NCBI RefSeq assembly: GCF_001194135.2
Contig: NC_068982.1
Span: 127,987,315-128,051,314 of the forward strand
Reading direction: 5' to 3'
From: Octopus bimaculoides
Taxonomy: Eukaryota
Length of the DNA: 64,000 bases
A model generated the notes under the pieces. That model ran no database searches, had not been told where the DNA came from, and saw nothing but the letters and a program-made list of their open reading frames with translations. Shown here piece by piece: positions 11,650 through 23,368 of the stretch. The translations under genes were made by a program, and so were the position numbers. The number at the start of each line of letters is the position of its first letter. The stretch's first letter is position 1.

Positions 11650-12030
11650 CTATGAGCTGGTGTCTTCTACTATAGCCCTGGGCTGACCAAAGTCTTCTGA
11701 ATGGATTTGCTTGATGGAAACTGAAAGAATCCCATTGTATATACACGTGCACATGTCTGTATGTGTGTGTAAGACTGTGTATATGTTTGAGTCTCCCTGT
11801 CTTACCATCATGTGATTGTTGTAAATTATCTTTCACTGGCACACAAACAATGTCATTCATTTCCTATATTTTGTGAAAGCCTATCTGGCCATGAAAAAAA
11901 TATTACCTTATTTGGAAACAGCTGAAGGTTGCAACAGGAAGGGCATTTGAATGTAGAAAATCTGCCTCAGTAAACTTTGTCTGACCCATGCAAGCAGGGA
12001 AGGGTGGTCATTGAATCAGTGATGATGATA
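11650..12030 (+). mobile_element. SINE-2 (SINE-1-type core, RTE-type 3' tail)
   Basis: gtcttctactatagcc..ggatttg..ggaaactgaaagaa core, microsatellite, then aacaggaagggcat..gtagaaaa..acccatgc..gatgatgat. Confidence 0.65.
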
Positions 12031-12604
12031 ATAAGGAAAAGGAGAAGAATATCTCTTTTACTTGGTTTGGTTTGTTAAATAGTCGATGCTTATTTAGAAA
12101 TAATCTATGAATGTAACTTTGTAATGTAATTTTTAGACATTTTTAAGATTACAAAATTCATTGTCTTTTTCCTGGTTGCTTTCTTTTTTTTTTATCCCTT
12201 CTTCATGTGGCTGCATCTGAGAGCTACACCAAAAATTTCTGTTCCCTATTAGATTTGGTGGGTCCTCAGGTTCATGTGTGTTTCTATCAATAGCACCAAT
12301 GTAGTTGGATTTCCTTCAATAGTCAGTAAGGACTTCTGATCTTTCTTTTTAAGTTCAGAAAAAAAAAAACAGTCGAGTGATATTAAAAAAAGATCACACG
12401 ACCAATACCATGTTAGGACCAGGAGAGCTGAACAAAGCTAATTGACTGTTGACAATAGCTACCTCTATGTTTAGGTATGTAGATGAGCATTTGCTTGTAT
12501 GAGTGAATGCACAAATGCATGCATGAATATAGAAAGAGATAGTATGGAAAATCATAAGGAGCATAATGTTACTAATAAAAAAAAATCTTTTGTCCAGTTT
12601 AGCT

Positions 12605-12722
12605 ATCACCACCATCACCACCACCATTTAACATCTGTTTTGCATGCTGGTATGGGTTGGATGGTTTCACAGGAGCTGGCAAGCCAGAGGACTGAGCCAG
12701 GCTCTACTGTCTACTTTGGCAT
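12605..12722 (-). mobile_element. RTE 3' tail fragment
   Basis: (CAC/CAT)n followed by tttaacatctgttttgcatgctggtatgggttgg. Confidence 0.55.
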
Positions 12723-13687
12723 GGTTATTATATTAGTTTATATTATTATATTATCATCTGCTTTTTACATTCCAAGCCTGAAATGGCTCTAATTTTTTTT
12801 CCATCTCCTTTCTTCTTCAAAAAAGGGCAAAACTTTATGCACCCACTGGTCAATAGTTCTTCTATACACACCTCTATTTTGTATAGAACTTTCAAATATT
12901 TCTACTTCAATGTATAGTATACATTTTATATGTGTGTGTGTGTGCACATATATACGTATGAATGCTTGCATATACATAAATAATTCTGTATCCTGTATTA
13001 ATTTAATTCATTACTGTTTCCTATGTCTCTCTCACTCTCTATCTATCTATCTTTTGACCCACCACCATCTCATCGTCTGACAGACTTCTTTCTTGTAAAC
13101 TCCTCTATGCTATTTATAGCCCAGCCAGCCAGCATGCTCTTTCTTTCTTAGTGAAAGACCTTACCCTAAATGTTGTAATTCTCCTGCTACTCGCTGCATG
13201 CGCACACACACACACACTTCTTTCATTTTCTGAACATTCTTTTACACTGATTTTGACTGATGCATACTACCACTAATTTCGTCAGGGGGACTCCAATGTC
13301 TTTATTTTCTTTTATATAAAATAATATTTTGAAAGACAAGCTTACCATAAAACACAATCTTTTTCTCATATTTCCCTATATGTCTTCTATACAACACAGT
13401 CCTGCAATGTGACCAGACTTCTGGTGAATGACTAGAAATGCTAGTAATTTAGTTCTTCAATATTCTTATCAAGGTTTATCTTTTCACATGTCACTTTTCA
13501 CAACACAGAACACCGAGAAGATTTATTATCTAAAAAGCAGCATAGCATGAATTAGATGTTAGCAACACCCTGCAGTTACTTAGTTTTCTCCCAGATTATC
13601 AGTCGTTCTAGTTTTCGTTTTGGAACTAGGCTCAGTCCTAATTGGGAATAAAGAATACTGGTGATAATCCCTATTTTTAATCTTTTG

Positions 13688-14400
13688 TCATTTATTTGTT
13701 TCAGTTTTTGGACTGTGATCATGTTGCAGCACTGGCTTAAAAGGTTTAGTTAAACAAACAGATCCCAAACTTTTTCAGGCTGCCAACCCCTTGGTTCTAA
13801 GGTCACATTCCTTATGCCCCCCCCCCACCACCACCACTCATCATCACAGGCATAGACCATTTTCTGTAGCAAATTCAAAACAACAGTATTTCACAAATAC
13901 AATTTGACCTAATTAACCCTTTATTTTGTTTGGTGTTTATTTTTACATTCATTGCCTGTTTTGGTCACCCCATTATTGCCCCATTTCTACTGTCCCCCCC
14001 CCCCCGGTGAGGCAGTACCACCCACTTTGGGAACCGCTGAGTTAAACAAATAGATCACACAATCCCAAAACTTATTTTAAAGCCTAGTATTTATCCTATT
14101 CATCTCTTTTGTTGAGCCACTATGTTGCAAAGATGTAAACAAACCAACACCAATTGTTAAACAGTGAGAGGGATGACAAGCATACACATACACACACATG
14201 ACATGACACACATGCAACACCCACACTCACACATTAAATGTATTTCCACATTTTCCATCTATCAGATTCCTTCACAAAGCAATGGTCAGCCTGAGGCTGT
14301 AGTAGAAGACACTTGTCTAAAAAGCCATGCAGTGGGACTGAACCTGAAGCTACAGGATTGCGAAACATGTTTCTTAATCACACAGTCATACCCATGCCTA
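13688..14400 (-). mobile_element. SINE-1 interrupted by a hAT-like MITE
   Basis: Reverse complement of the 16735 family from tail to head, split at 13756-14039. Confidence 0.7.
13756..14039. mobile_element. hAT-like MITE with 8-bp TSD
   Basis: Right end tttgggaaccgctg, left remnant cccaaactttt; agttaaac at 13748-13755 and 14040-14047. Confidence 0.6.
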
Positions 14401-14411
14401 TATAATTTAAA

Positions 14412-15107
14412 ATCATCATCATCGTTTAACGTCCGCTTTCCATGCTAGCATGGGTTGGATGATTTGACTGAGGACTGGTAGAACCGGTTGGCAACACCAG
14501 GCTCCAATCTGATTTGGCAGAGTTTCTACAGCTGGATGCCCTTCCTAACGCCAACCACTCAGAGAGTGTAGTGGGTGCTTTTACGTGTCACCCGCACAAA
14601 GGTCAGTCAGGCGGTACTGGCAACGGCCACTCTNNNNNNNNNNGGCAACACCAGGCTCCAATCTGATTTGGCAGAGTTTCTACAGCTGGATGCCCTTCCT
14701 AACGCCAACCACTCAGAGAGTGTAGTGGGTGCTTTTACGTGTCACCCGCACAAAGGTCAGTCAGGCGGTACTGGCAACGGCCACTCTCAAAATGGTGTAT
14801 TTTATGTGCCACCCGCACAAGAGCCAGTCCAGGGGCACTGGCAACGATCTTGCTCGAAAATCCTTACACATACCACGGCACAAGTGCCAGAAAGGCGACG
14901 CTGGGCACAGGTGCTATCCCGATTTCGCTTTCGCTTGCCCCAATAAGTCTTCGCAAGCTGAGTTTGGTGTCCAATGAAGGAGAGGACGTTGGCACGAGTG
15001 CCAGTCATCGAATTTAGTTCGATTTCACTTGCCTCAACAAGTCTTCGCAAGCGGAGTTTAGTGTCCAATGTAGGAAAGGTACGCATAAGTGGGCTGGCTA
15101 CACCCCT
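14412..15107 (-). mobile_element. RTE LINE 3' UTR (long modular form)
   Basis: (TCA)n tail, cgtttaacgtccgctttccatgctagc..., same modules as 42534-43210; contains a 10-N gap. Confidence 0.85.
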
Positions 15108-15263
15108 GAATAAATAAATAAATCTTCATTGTTTGATGTCTACAATAATGTCCAGAAGGACACTTTATATTTTTATGTTATGTCTTTTTGTATTATTCTT
15201 TGAAATCGTGTGTGATGACGGAAGTGTCAATTGTAACCTTTTCCTTTCTTTTTTTTTATGCAG

Positions 15264-15323
15264 ATAACAAGAGGAGGTTTTATTGCTTGCTAGATAAGCA
15301 TACCTGACATCTGTGGTGTGAAG
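15264..15323 (+). other. ANKIB1: 5' UTR part of the first coding exon of ANKIB1
   Basis: Long polypyrimidine tract and CAG acceptor ending at 15263; no ATG between acceptor and 15324. Implies an upstream non-coding exon that I did not locate. Confidence 0.7.
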
Positions 15324-15511
15324 ATGGGGAGCTCTTCATCGAAATTCCGGAAATATTTGCAGAATGGTGATGAGATAGCTGCTCTAAATGTATACAATGG
15401 TAACAATGAGTTTCGTAAATCACTGGATCCCAACAGTTCTTATGGTGACTCTTGTAACCATGAGACACCTGTCCATTATGCATCAAGGCATGGTATGAGA
15501 ACATTACTACG
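15324..15511 (+). CDS. ANKIB1: ANKIB1 orthologue, first coding exon (MGSSSSKFRKYLQNGDE...ETPVHYASRHGMRTLL-R), ankyrin repeat 1
   Basis: ATG at 15324 in good Kozak context (aagATGG). Translation aligns colinearly with the human ANKIB1 N-terminus as I recall it (MGNTTTKFRKALINGDE...SLDPNTSYG...NTPLHYAARHGM). Phase-2 donor CG|GTAAGA at 15511/15512. Confidence 0.93.
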
Positions 15512-15574
15512 GTAAGATACCTTTTCTCCGTCCCTTTTGATTTTTCTAAATATTATCAATATTGTTATCATCAT

Positions 15575-15750
15575 CATCATTGTCATCATCATTTAATGTC
15601 CCTTTTTCCACTCAAGCATAAATTGGAGGGTTTGACATGAACTAACAATACAGGGAGCTGAGCCAAGATCCAATGTCTGCTTTGGTATGGTTTCTACAGC
15701 TCAGTGCCCTTCTTATCACCCTTATAGGGTTTACTGGATATTTTTTTTTA
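15575..15750 (-). mobile_element. RTE 3' tail fragment
   Basis: (TCA)n, then tttaatgtcc..ggtttctacagct. Confidence 0.55.
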
Positions 15751-15775
15751 TTTCAATTAAAGTGATTAAGTCACC

Positions 15776-15981
15776 ATTATCATTTTAACGTCCATGGGTC
15801 AGATGGAATTTGTTGAGGCAAATTTTCTATGTCTTGATGCCCCTCTATGGCTTCATGCACGTCACCTTTTTCTAAGCAAGGTAGACTTTCTTCATGGAAG
15901 ACTGGAGACAAACAGCATCAGTCGTATGATGGTGATACTTATTTACAATCACTTGTGCACACTATATATACACACACACAC

Positions 15982-16017
<36 letters not shown>

Positions 16018-16127
16018 GCGCAAGCCTTCTGTCTACCAGGTCCTCTCATTAGACTTTGGTCAGCCTGGAGCTATTGTTAAAGTCACTTGCTCAAAGTCTC
16101 ACACAGTAGGACTGAACCTAAAACCAT
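15776..16127 (-). mobile_element. SINE-2, near full length
   Basis: RTE-type tail at 15776-15950, (CA)n, then reverse-complement SINE-1 core and head (ggactgaacc). Confidence 0.65.
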
Positions 16128-16734
16128 ATCATTATCATCATTATCATCATTTGAGTGTCAGTATTTTTTTTTCCATCCATATGATATGGGTTGGATGGGT
16201 CTGCTATATAGCACATTTGCTACTCACCTCATTCCTCCATCATATCTCATAAAGCAGGATAATGCCTTTCTTTCTGTGCATCTTCAGATTTTTCTTTGTC
16301 ACTAGTACCATCTACTGACAGTACATGACACAGTCTTGTACAGAAGTCATTGTCAATTCACAGCACAATTGTCTCTCCTGTATAAACTGACTAATGCTTT
16401 TTGTACATACACAATTGCTCTCACAACTCATTTGTGCTTCATCTTTCATGCAAGTTAACATCATGTGTCCAGTAGCAATATTCGCTATTGTCTTTCTCTT
16501 CAGTCGCCACAAATGTTTTGCATTCAGTGTTCATGTCTAATTAATCTTGCATTATAACACTCTTTACATAGGAAAGAGAGAGAGAGAAATCCTTTGATGC
16601 CAAGGGAATTAACTTCTCTCTCTGACCTTTATCACCATCTTTTTTTTTTTTTTTTTTTACTCCAGATAATATGTAAACACTAAGCCACATTTTGCCTTAA
16701 TAAGGTCGCATATAAAATGAAATTGTTTAACTCC

Positions 16735-17123
16735 TAGGCATAGGAGTGGCTGTGTGGTAAGTAGCTTGCTTACCAACTACATGGTTCCGGGTTCAGTCCC
16801 ACTGCATGGCACCTTGGGCAAGTGTCTTCTACTATAGCCTCAGGCCAACCAAAACCTCGCGAGTGGATTTGGTAGACGGAAACTGAAAGAAACCTGTCGT
16901 ATATATGTATGTGTGTGTGTGTCTGTGTTTGTCCCCCAACATCGCTTGACAACCGATGCTGGTGTGTTTACGTCCCCGTAACTTAGTGTTTCAATAAAAG
17001 AGACCGATAGAATAAGTACTAGGCTTACAAAGAATAAGTCCTGGGGTCGATTAGCTCGACGAAAAGGCGGTGCTACAGCATGGCCACAGTCAAATGACTG
17101 AAACAAGTAAAAGAGTAAAAGAG
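16735..17123 (+). mobile_element. SINE-1, full length
   Basis: ggagtggctgtgtggtaag A-box, gggttcagtccc B-box, ccttgggcaagtgtc core, (TA/TG)n, (GAGTAAAA)n tail. Confidence 0.88.
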
Positions 17124-17134
17124 AGAACTATAAC

Positions 17135-17218
17135 TCATCATCATCATCACCATTTAATGTCCATTGTTCATGCTGGCATGGGTTGGATGGTTTGACTGGG
17201 CTGGTATGCTGGAAGGCT
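17135..17218 (-). mobile_element. RTE 3' tail fragment abutting a gap
   Basis: (TCA)n then catgctggcatgggttgg. Confidence 0.55.
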
Positions 17219-17639
17219 NNNNNNNNNNACACTCGAAAGGAACTCAGCCACTTTGCCTCCCTGGGGCCCAACACTCGAATGGCACTCACAAGCCGTCTAA
17301 TCCTTTCACTGAATTAATTCTATAACTAACACTAATGCTTACTATTTCTTTACATCTGTTACATTTGAATTTCTAGTTTTTTGTCAGTTACCAGAAGCTG
17401 CACTTCATTGCTTATGGACCCATTGTTTGTATATAGAACCATGTTTCTTCTTTGATAGTATTGAGATTTTGTGTTTTGCCCTAGTGACTAGTACTTTAGT
17501 GTTCGTCAAACTGATCTTTGAACTGTAGACCAGTTAGTCTGATTTGAAGCTTTTTTGCTGACATTATCTAAACCTGATTGTTAGTATATTAAAGTTTTCA
17601 GGGACACAGCTAATCCTGTGTTGTTGCCGTAATAACTAT

Positions 17640-17762
17640 ATGATGTTAGGAAAGGCATGCAGCTATAGAAACTATGTAGTTTGGTGCAGTCTTTTGGCTT
17701 GCCTACTCTTGTTGAACCATCCAACCCATACCAGCATGGAAAACAGTTGTTAAACGATGATA
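17640..17762 (+). mobile_element. RTE 3' tail fragment
   Basis: ttaggaaaggcatgcagctatagaaact..ccaacccataccagcatgg..ttaaacgatgat. Confidence 0.55.
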
Positions 17763-18059
17763 AATAGTAGGAAACTGAGTGTCAAGTTTCACTTAGTATA
17801 TTGCCAATTCTAACATTATTTGCAACACCCTAGAAAATGGTTTACAAGAAACTCCTGTCTGATTTTACAGAACATCTTCCAAACTACAACTTGGAATTTG
17901 TGGAAGTCCCTCTCTCAGATAGTTATTTAGTAAAATGATTTGTTCTTATCTAACATTTCATGAATATTGACTTCAAAAGCTTCATCTATGAATGCTGTGC
18001 AAGTCTTTTCTCTTTCAATAAGAAAACCATTCCTTTTTTTTTTTTTTTTTTTAGTATCA

Positions 18060-18420
18060 TTGAGTATCTCTCTTTGTGAAACATATCCTTAACATAGCTA
18101 GGATTGTATCTGAGACTGACCCTCCTCTTCAAGCTCAGAAAATACTTCAGCCCCTTACCATTTATCGATACTCTACGAAGTTCAAGTGAGGCTTGCAAAG
18201 GAGTATTGCTTCCACATCTGGGACTGTTATGCTGCTACATACACACACAGATATCTTTGACCACATTCAGAGAAAAGTAACCCAATTGGCTTGTGTAAAA
18301 TCAATTGCTCATAGATATATCCCAGACACTGGCCTGCGGGCATGCTCCCACCTCTTTTTATGATTTCTACTGCTTCTAAAAACTGGTGTTAGCTGTATCA
18401 AGGCATCTCCATTTAGTTCC
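18060..18420 (+). pseudogene. CR1/Jockey-like LINE RT C-terminal remnant
   Basis: LFKLRKYFSP / LYEVQVRLAKEYCFHIWD / IFDHIQRKVTQL / KSIAHR, resembling LYKAQVRP.MEYCSHIW..LDRIQRKA. Confidence 0.55.
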
Positions 18421-18589
18421 TCCTGCCTCATTCATCTCTCTACCTCTCATTACCCATGTTGTGTTCAACCCCTTTCGGTCCTGCACTAACCACAACAGGG
18501 AGAGTAGACATAAAGATGCTGACAAAATGAACAGTGAAATTTTTAGTGTGGATTTGTCCAAACCATCTTGCCATAGAAAAAGCGACATT

Positions 18590-18927
18590 GAAATGATTAT
18601 GGTAAGAGTGATTGCCACTATCATCACTACCATCATCATTACCACTATCATCATTGTTGCCATAATAATCATCATCATCATCCTTATTCTCTCCTTCATC
18701 ATCAACATCTCCATTGTCATCATCACCGTCATCAACACTGTCATCATTGTTGTCATTATCATTATTATCTGTTATCTTCACCGTTGTTATTATTGTCTGT
18801 CATCATATTCATCATTGTTGTCATCGTCGTCATCATCATTGTTGTTGTCATAATCATCATCATCGTCATCATCATTATCATTGTTGTTGTTATCTTCATC
18901 ATCATTGTTGTCATCATCATCATCATC
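18590..18927. repeat. Long degenerate (ATC/ATT/GTC)n low-complexity tract
   Basis: Direct. Confidence 0.9.
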
Positions 18928-20924
18928 AAAGGTGTATGGAGTACTCAGTGTTGCAGTCTCAAATCAGGAGCCATTGCAAAAGTTTATGAATAATATTTTA
19001 ATTTATTTTCAGGCGTTTGGTTATTATTAGAAAAGCAGAGTTTCAATAGCAAAAAGTAAAAAAAGAACTCTTTTTCTCTGATTTTTTTTTTTTTTTATAA
19101 AACCTGAAACGGTCTGTAAATACTGCCTATTAATATTCTGATCAGTCTGAATGAGTATAAAGAGGTGGTTATTGTTGAGTTAGATCTTTATTCTTTTATT
19201 TTTACTCCCCCCCCCCCNNNNNNNNNNNNNNNNNNNNNNNNNNNNNNNNNNNNNNNNNNNNNNNNNNNNNNNNNNNNNNNNNNNNNNNNNNNNNNNNNNN
19301 NNNNNNNNNNNNNNNNNNNNNNNNNNNNNAAAACCTTCTCTAACACTCACAATGGTAGCTAGACAGATTTAGAAGAATTAGAACTAAACGCAAAAAAAAA
19401 AAAGAAAATTTTAAAAATAGATAAATATTAGTGATGATGCAAAGCAGGACAAAACTACAACAGAAGCTAATTATAACAGACATAATAATGATAGTAGCAT
19501 CTGAAACAAACAAAAAAAACTAACAAAAAAAACAACAACAACCAAACAAAACAAAATGTTTTAAACACAAACTTATTATAAGGTAGTAAACAGCTAGAAG
19601 AAATCCACCATTTTTTTTTTATTTCAAACATTTGCAAAACTATTTGAATATACATTGAAGGTTATTTTTGTTCCTTCGCAGCACTCAATTTAGAGCAGTT
19701 AATAGCTGATAATATAATATTGATTTTTTTTTTTATTGATAAAGAGTATTTTTGTCTTTTGGGGGGTTTTTTTGTATTTTTTTTAGGTTAAACAATGGTA
19801 TATAGTTGATTGAACTAATTCGTTGTTGTTTTTATTGTTTTTATCTGAATATATTTCTTTGTCCATGAGGAGACAAAAGACAGTCAACCTTATGCATTAT
19901 AAAGTAAGAAAAAAAAAAGATTACATATTGTTAAGCATTCAGTTTGATGTTTTGCTATCTGCAACATCTTTGTGCCTTCATTTCTTTTTTTTTCCCTGCA
20001 ATTTTGACAAAGATGTTGAACAGTTTGAGCAAAATTTCATTATAAGGTCAGCATTCTATATTGGGTACATTGTTTCTCGATAGAAGCTTTAAAACATATG
20101 TTGTTATCGCCATCATCATCATCATCATCATCATTTTAATGTCTACTTTTCCATGCTTGCATGGATCAGATGAGAGTACATTGGAGCAGAGTTTTCTATG
20201 GTCGGATGCCCAACTCCCATCCACTGCTTGGGTATCTCATAATTTGAGACAATCACATATAAACTATCATGTCAATCTTTGCCTCTAGATCATGTAGTCA
20301 TAAATATTTTATAGCCAAATATATGCAGTATGTTGTCATTCTCACGTTGCTCTAAATGACCAATCATTGTATGATGAAGTAAAGTTTGTGTTACAATACC
20401 AACTGAGTGAAGCTTGATATGACCATTGCTCAGAATGTATGTATACTGTCCCCTTGCTTTAGTTATACTGAAACTAAATTGACCAAAGTTACTCTATTAC
20501 AAATTTCTTCAACATTATTTATGATTGTTTTATTATAAAAATGTTGCGCCTTCCCTGATAATGTTTGAGTTACTTCTGAAGCTTTTTAGGTCCTGGTTTC
20601 CACGTTTCAGTTTCAAGGTTGTTTATATTTTTCAATCATTCATTTAATTTGGTTTGTTTGCAGTGAGGTGACTACATTTAGGCATTTCTTATTAGCTAGG
20701 CAAATAGTGTTTACTTACTTGCTCCACACTATAATGATATGCTTATGTGAAAAGATCAGAAACCACTATCTGACTCACACACACAATGTATATATTTATT
20801 TATTTTTCTTCATTAGCATGCAAGAAACTAATTTATTAGTTTTACACTGCTAATTTTACATGTTCTTTTCCATTATTTGATACGAGAAGGAGAGAAAGTG
20901 CCCAAAGTTTTAATAGGCCTTCTC

Positions 20925-21190
20925 ACACAGGTGGAGTTGCAGTTAATGTTAAAGCTGGAGTTTTTTGCTTCTTGGTATTTGTAAAGGAAATATTTGAAGA
21001 GAGATCTGGATTATCAAGTGTTGGGTGTAGGTGAAGTGAGACACAGTAGGGATAATAAGAGAAGGAGTGGAGATATAGAAGTGGTACACAACTACCTTGT
21101 TTAAACAAAGAATTGCTGTAGATTCAACGTGAGTGACAGATAGTGACTGCAGTGGTTTGTCAAGAAGTCAAATGGCTTTTACTTGGATGT
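20925..21190 (-). pseudogene. Degenerate CR1-like LINE 3' remnant
   Basis: IQVKAI*LLDKPLQSL, resembling IQRKAIRLI...LQSL. Confidence 0.35.
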
Positions 21191-21504
21191 AATCCAGAAT
21201 TCTCTATCCTAAATATTTGAGCAGATATTTCATGTGGTGTGTACTTGTGCTTTTTAAAATGTAGCATCAGTTCAGGGCTGAAATATTTTCTGACTTGGAA
21301 TAAAGCCCACACAGGAAAATGTATAATTACTCATATAATCTTGACTTACTATTTTCTAAAAGTTTGGCATGCAGTCTGTCTTGATACTAGTTACTACTTT
21401 ATGAAATATGTTAATATGTTTTTTAACCCGTCGTAATATTGAAATAGATTCACTTTAGGATCATTTGTAGAAACATAAGTACAACTTTACATTGTTTAAT
21501 CCTG

Positions 21505-21633
21505 AGCTTATAGGTACAGGAATGACTGCGTGGTTATGGGGATCACTATGAAACCATGTGGTTCTGACTTCAGTACTGCTTTACTGCATCCTTGTGAGTG
21601 AATTTAGTAGACAGAAAATTGAGAAACCATTTG

Positions 21634-21708
<75 letters not shown>

Positions 21709-21710
21709 AT
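21505..21710 (+). mobile_element. SINE-1 5' part ending in (TG)n
   Basis: caggaatgactgcgtgg..ccttgtgagtgaatttagtagacagaaa. Confidence 0.55.
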
Positions 21711-23177
21711 TATGTAAATAAGGTAAAAATCCCAGCTTTTTCTTTGTCTGGAGAATTTCTAATAAGAACTTCCTTACATGTCTATCTAACATGTAAAGCT
21801 CTGTAATAACTATTAGCAAATGAAACATGTGTAATGGCGATAAATAATACCAAAAAATTTTCAAACTTCCTGTTTCGTTATATGTATATATATATATCAC
21901 TCTCTCTCAGAGTGTAAAGTAGTTTGTAAGATACTTGTGTACGAACAGCTATAAAAAAAATAGGTGTTCATCAACTAAATCCTTCAAAGTGTCACTCTAA
22001 TATGGCCTCAATCTAATAACTAATAATCCTTGGCTAAAAAGCAAACAATCCTTGCTGTCTTTCCAGCTGACATTTTGCAGCTTCTACATACTGTTCCACT
22101 TCCTTTATCTCTATTATACTATAATCTTCAGTGTTTGTCATTATAGTTTTACCTATTCCAAAATGTAAAGTATATTACTAAACCAAAAATAAGAATTGCT
22201 TCACATATGGTATTTTTGTACACACATTATGGCTTTCTGTTTCTATAATTTTAAGCTTCACATCTTCATTTACTAACCAAAACACAGAGGATCCTTTTTA
22301 CCTGAAGAATTAATGACACTCCATGGTTTAAATTTACCATAAAATACAGTGTTTTCTTTTTATTTTCACAGAATGTGCATTATTTTGATCACTATCATCC
22401 TGCAGTGTACAGAGTCATATTTTTTGTGCAGCATGCTACAGCAGACTTTGGTCTTCAGTGTTACTGTTTTATTTTTTTTTCTCTTAACTTGAAAATTTTC
22501 ATGTCTCCTATTGTTTTTTATTTTCTCTTTATCATTCACTTTCCGGTCTTTCCTTTAGGCTTTTCACCAGCCATGTTTATTTCTTCATTCAGTTGTCTAT
22601 AAGTGTGGGACTCCTTTTCCTTCATTGATATATTATCAAACATTTTCATTCCAGTCCAACTCTTCAAATATTTTATTGCCTGTACTAATCAGCTATGCTC
22701 TATCTATCTATTTCAAGAAGATCATCACTAACTATAAGGGATATGTTTTGTCCTCAAACATATAAATATGAAAAGAAATGTATTTTTATAATATGGTATC
22801 TTGAAAGTAAATATAACTCGCTATATGCTTAGTTTTAATCATATAAATAAAAAATATGAGTATAATATGGTATCTGATTTTGAACTTTTCTTTTTACCTG
22901 TCTTAACATAAAATGAGAGTTTATTGGAAGCAAATTATTGAGAACAAAGAAGTTACCAGTAATGAATATATTTTGTATTTCTGTGTCAGAAACCTATGTA
23001 GATAGCCATAGTGGTCTTTATAAGTCACAACAATTTTGTAAGCCTTATGTTACATTATATCAGACACACGTTGTGTTATTAACCAGCTAGAGGAGGTGTT
23101 CTCCTAGGGATAAAAAAGAGTAGTAACATTACATTATTTACATTCAACGGATATTTGTCCTCATCTTGTTTGTTATT

Positions 23178-23223
23178 AACACAACATTTCGACTGATATA
23201 CCCTCCAGCCTTCTTCAGGTGTC
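23178..23223 (-). ncRNA. Minimal type I hammerhead ribozyme motif
   Basis: GACAC-CUGAAGA-A-GGCUG(gagggtatat)CAGUC-GAAA-U-GUU/GUGUU: stem I 5 bp, stem II 5 bp with one G-U, conserved core, minimal stem III. Confidence 0.7.
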
Positions 23224-23299
23224 TTGGGGAAATTTCAAACCTGCGTTCTCATTCCTAAAGTATTTTTTGATGTTATTATTATTATTATCATTATTGTTC

Positions 23300-23368
23300 A
23301 GCTCACTGCTTGGAATCGAACTCGGAATATTGGGGTTACTAGCCCGTGCTCTTAACCACTACGCCCAT
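23300..23368 (-). promoter_or_regulatory. tRNA-like Pol III internal promoter (A and B boxes) inside the Penelope-like terminal repeat
   Basis: tgggcgtagtggttaagagc (A-box/D-arm, 23356-23367), loop ctagtaa (23336-23342), gagttcgattcc (B-box, 23312-23323). Acceptor stem does not pair, so not a tRNA gene. Confidence 0.7.

Noticed and set aside
14490-14787. Apparent perfect 144-bp tandem duplication inside an RTE copy
   Set aside because: The two identical copies sit either side of a 10-N gap; most likely unmerged contig overlap.
15318-15323. GTG start giving MK- extension in the ORF track
   Set aside because: ATG at 15324 has the Kozak context and matches the orthologue start.
16735-16815. 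tRNA genes at SINE heads (also 7310-7383, 8703-8770, 23300-23368)
   Set aside because: A/B boxes present, but the cloverleaf is incomplete and each continues into a repeat body.
18376-18993. Several long ORFs with poly-Ile/His/Asp/Met
   Set aside because: Products of a trinucleotide low-complexity tract, open in most frames.
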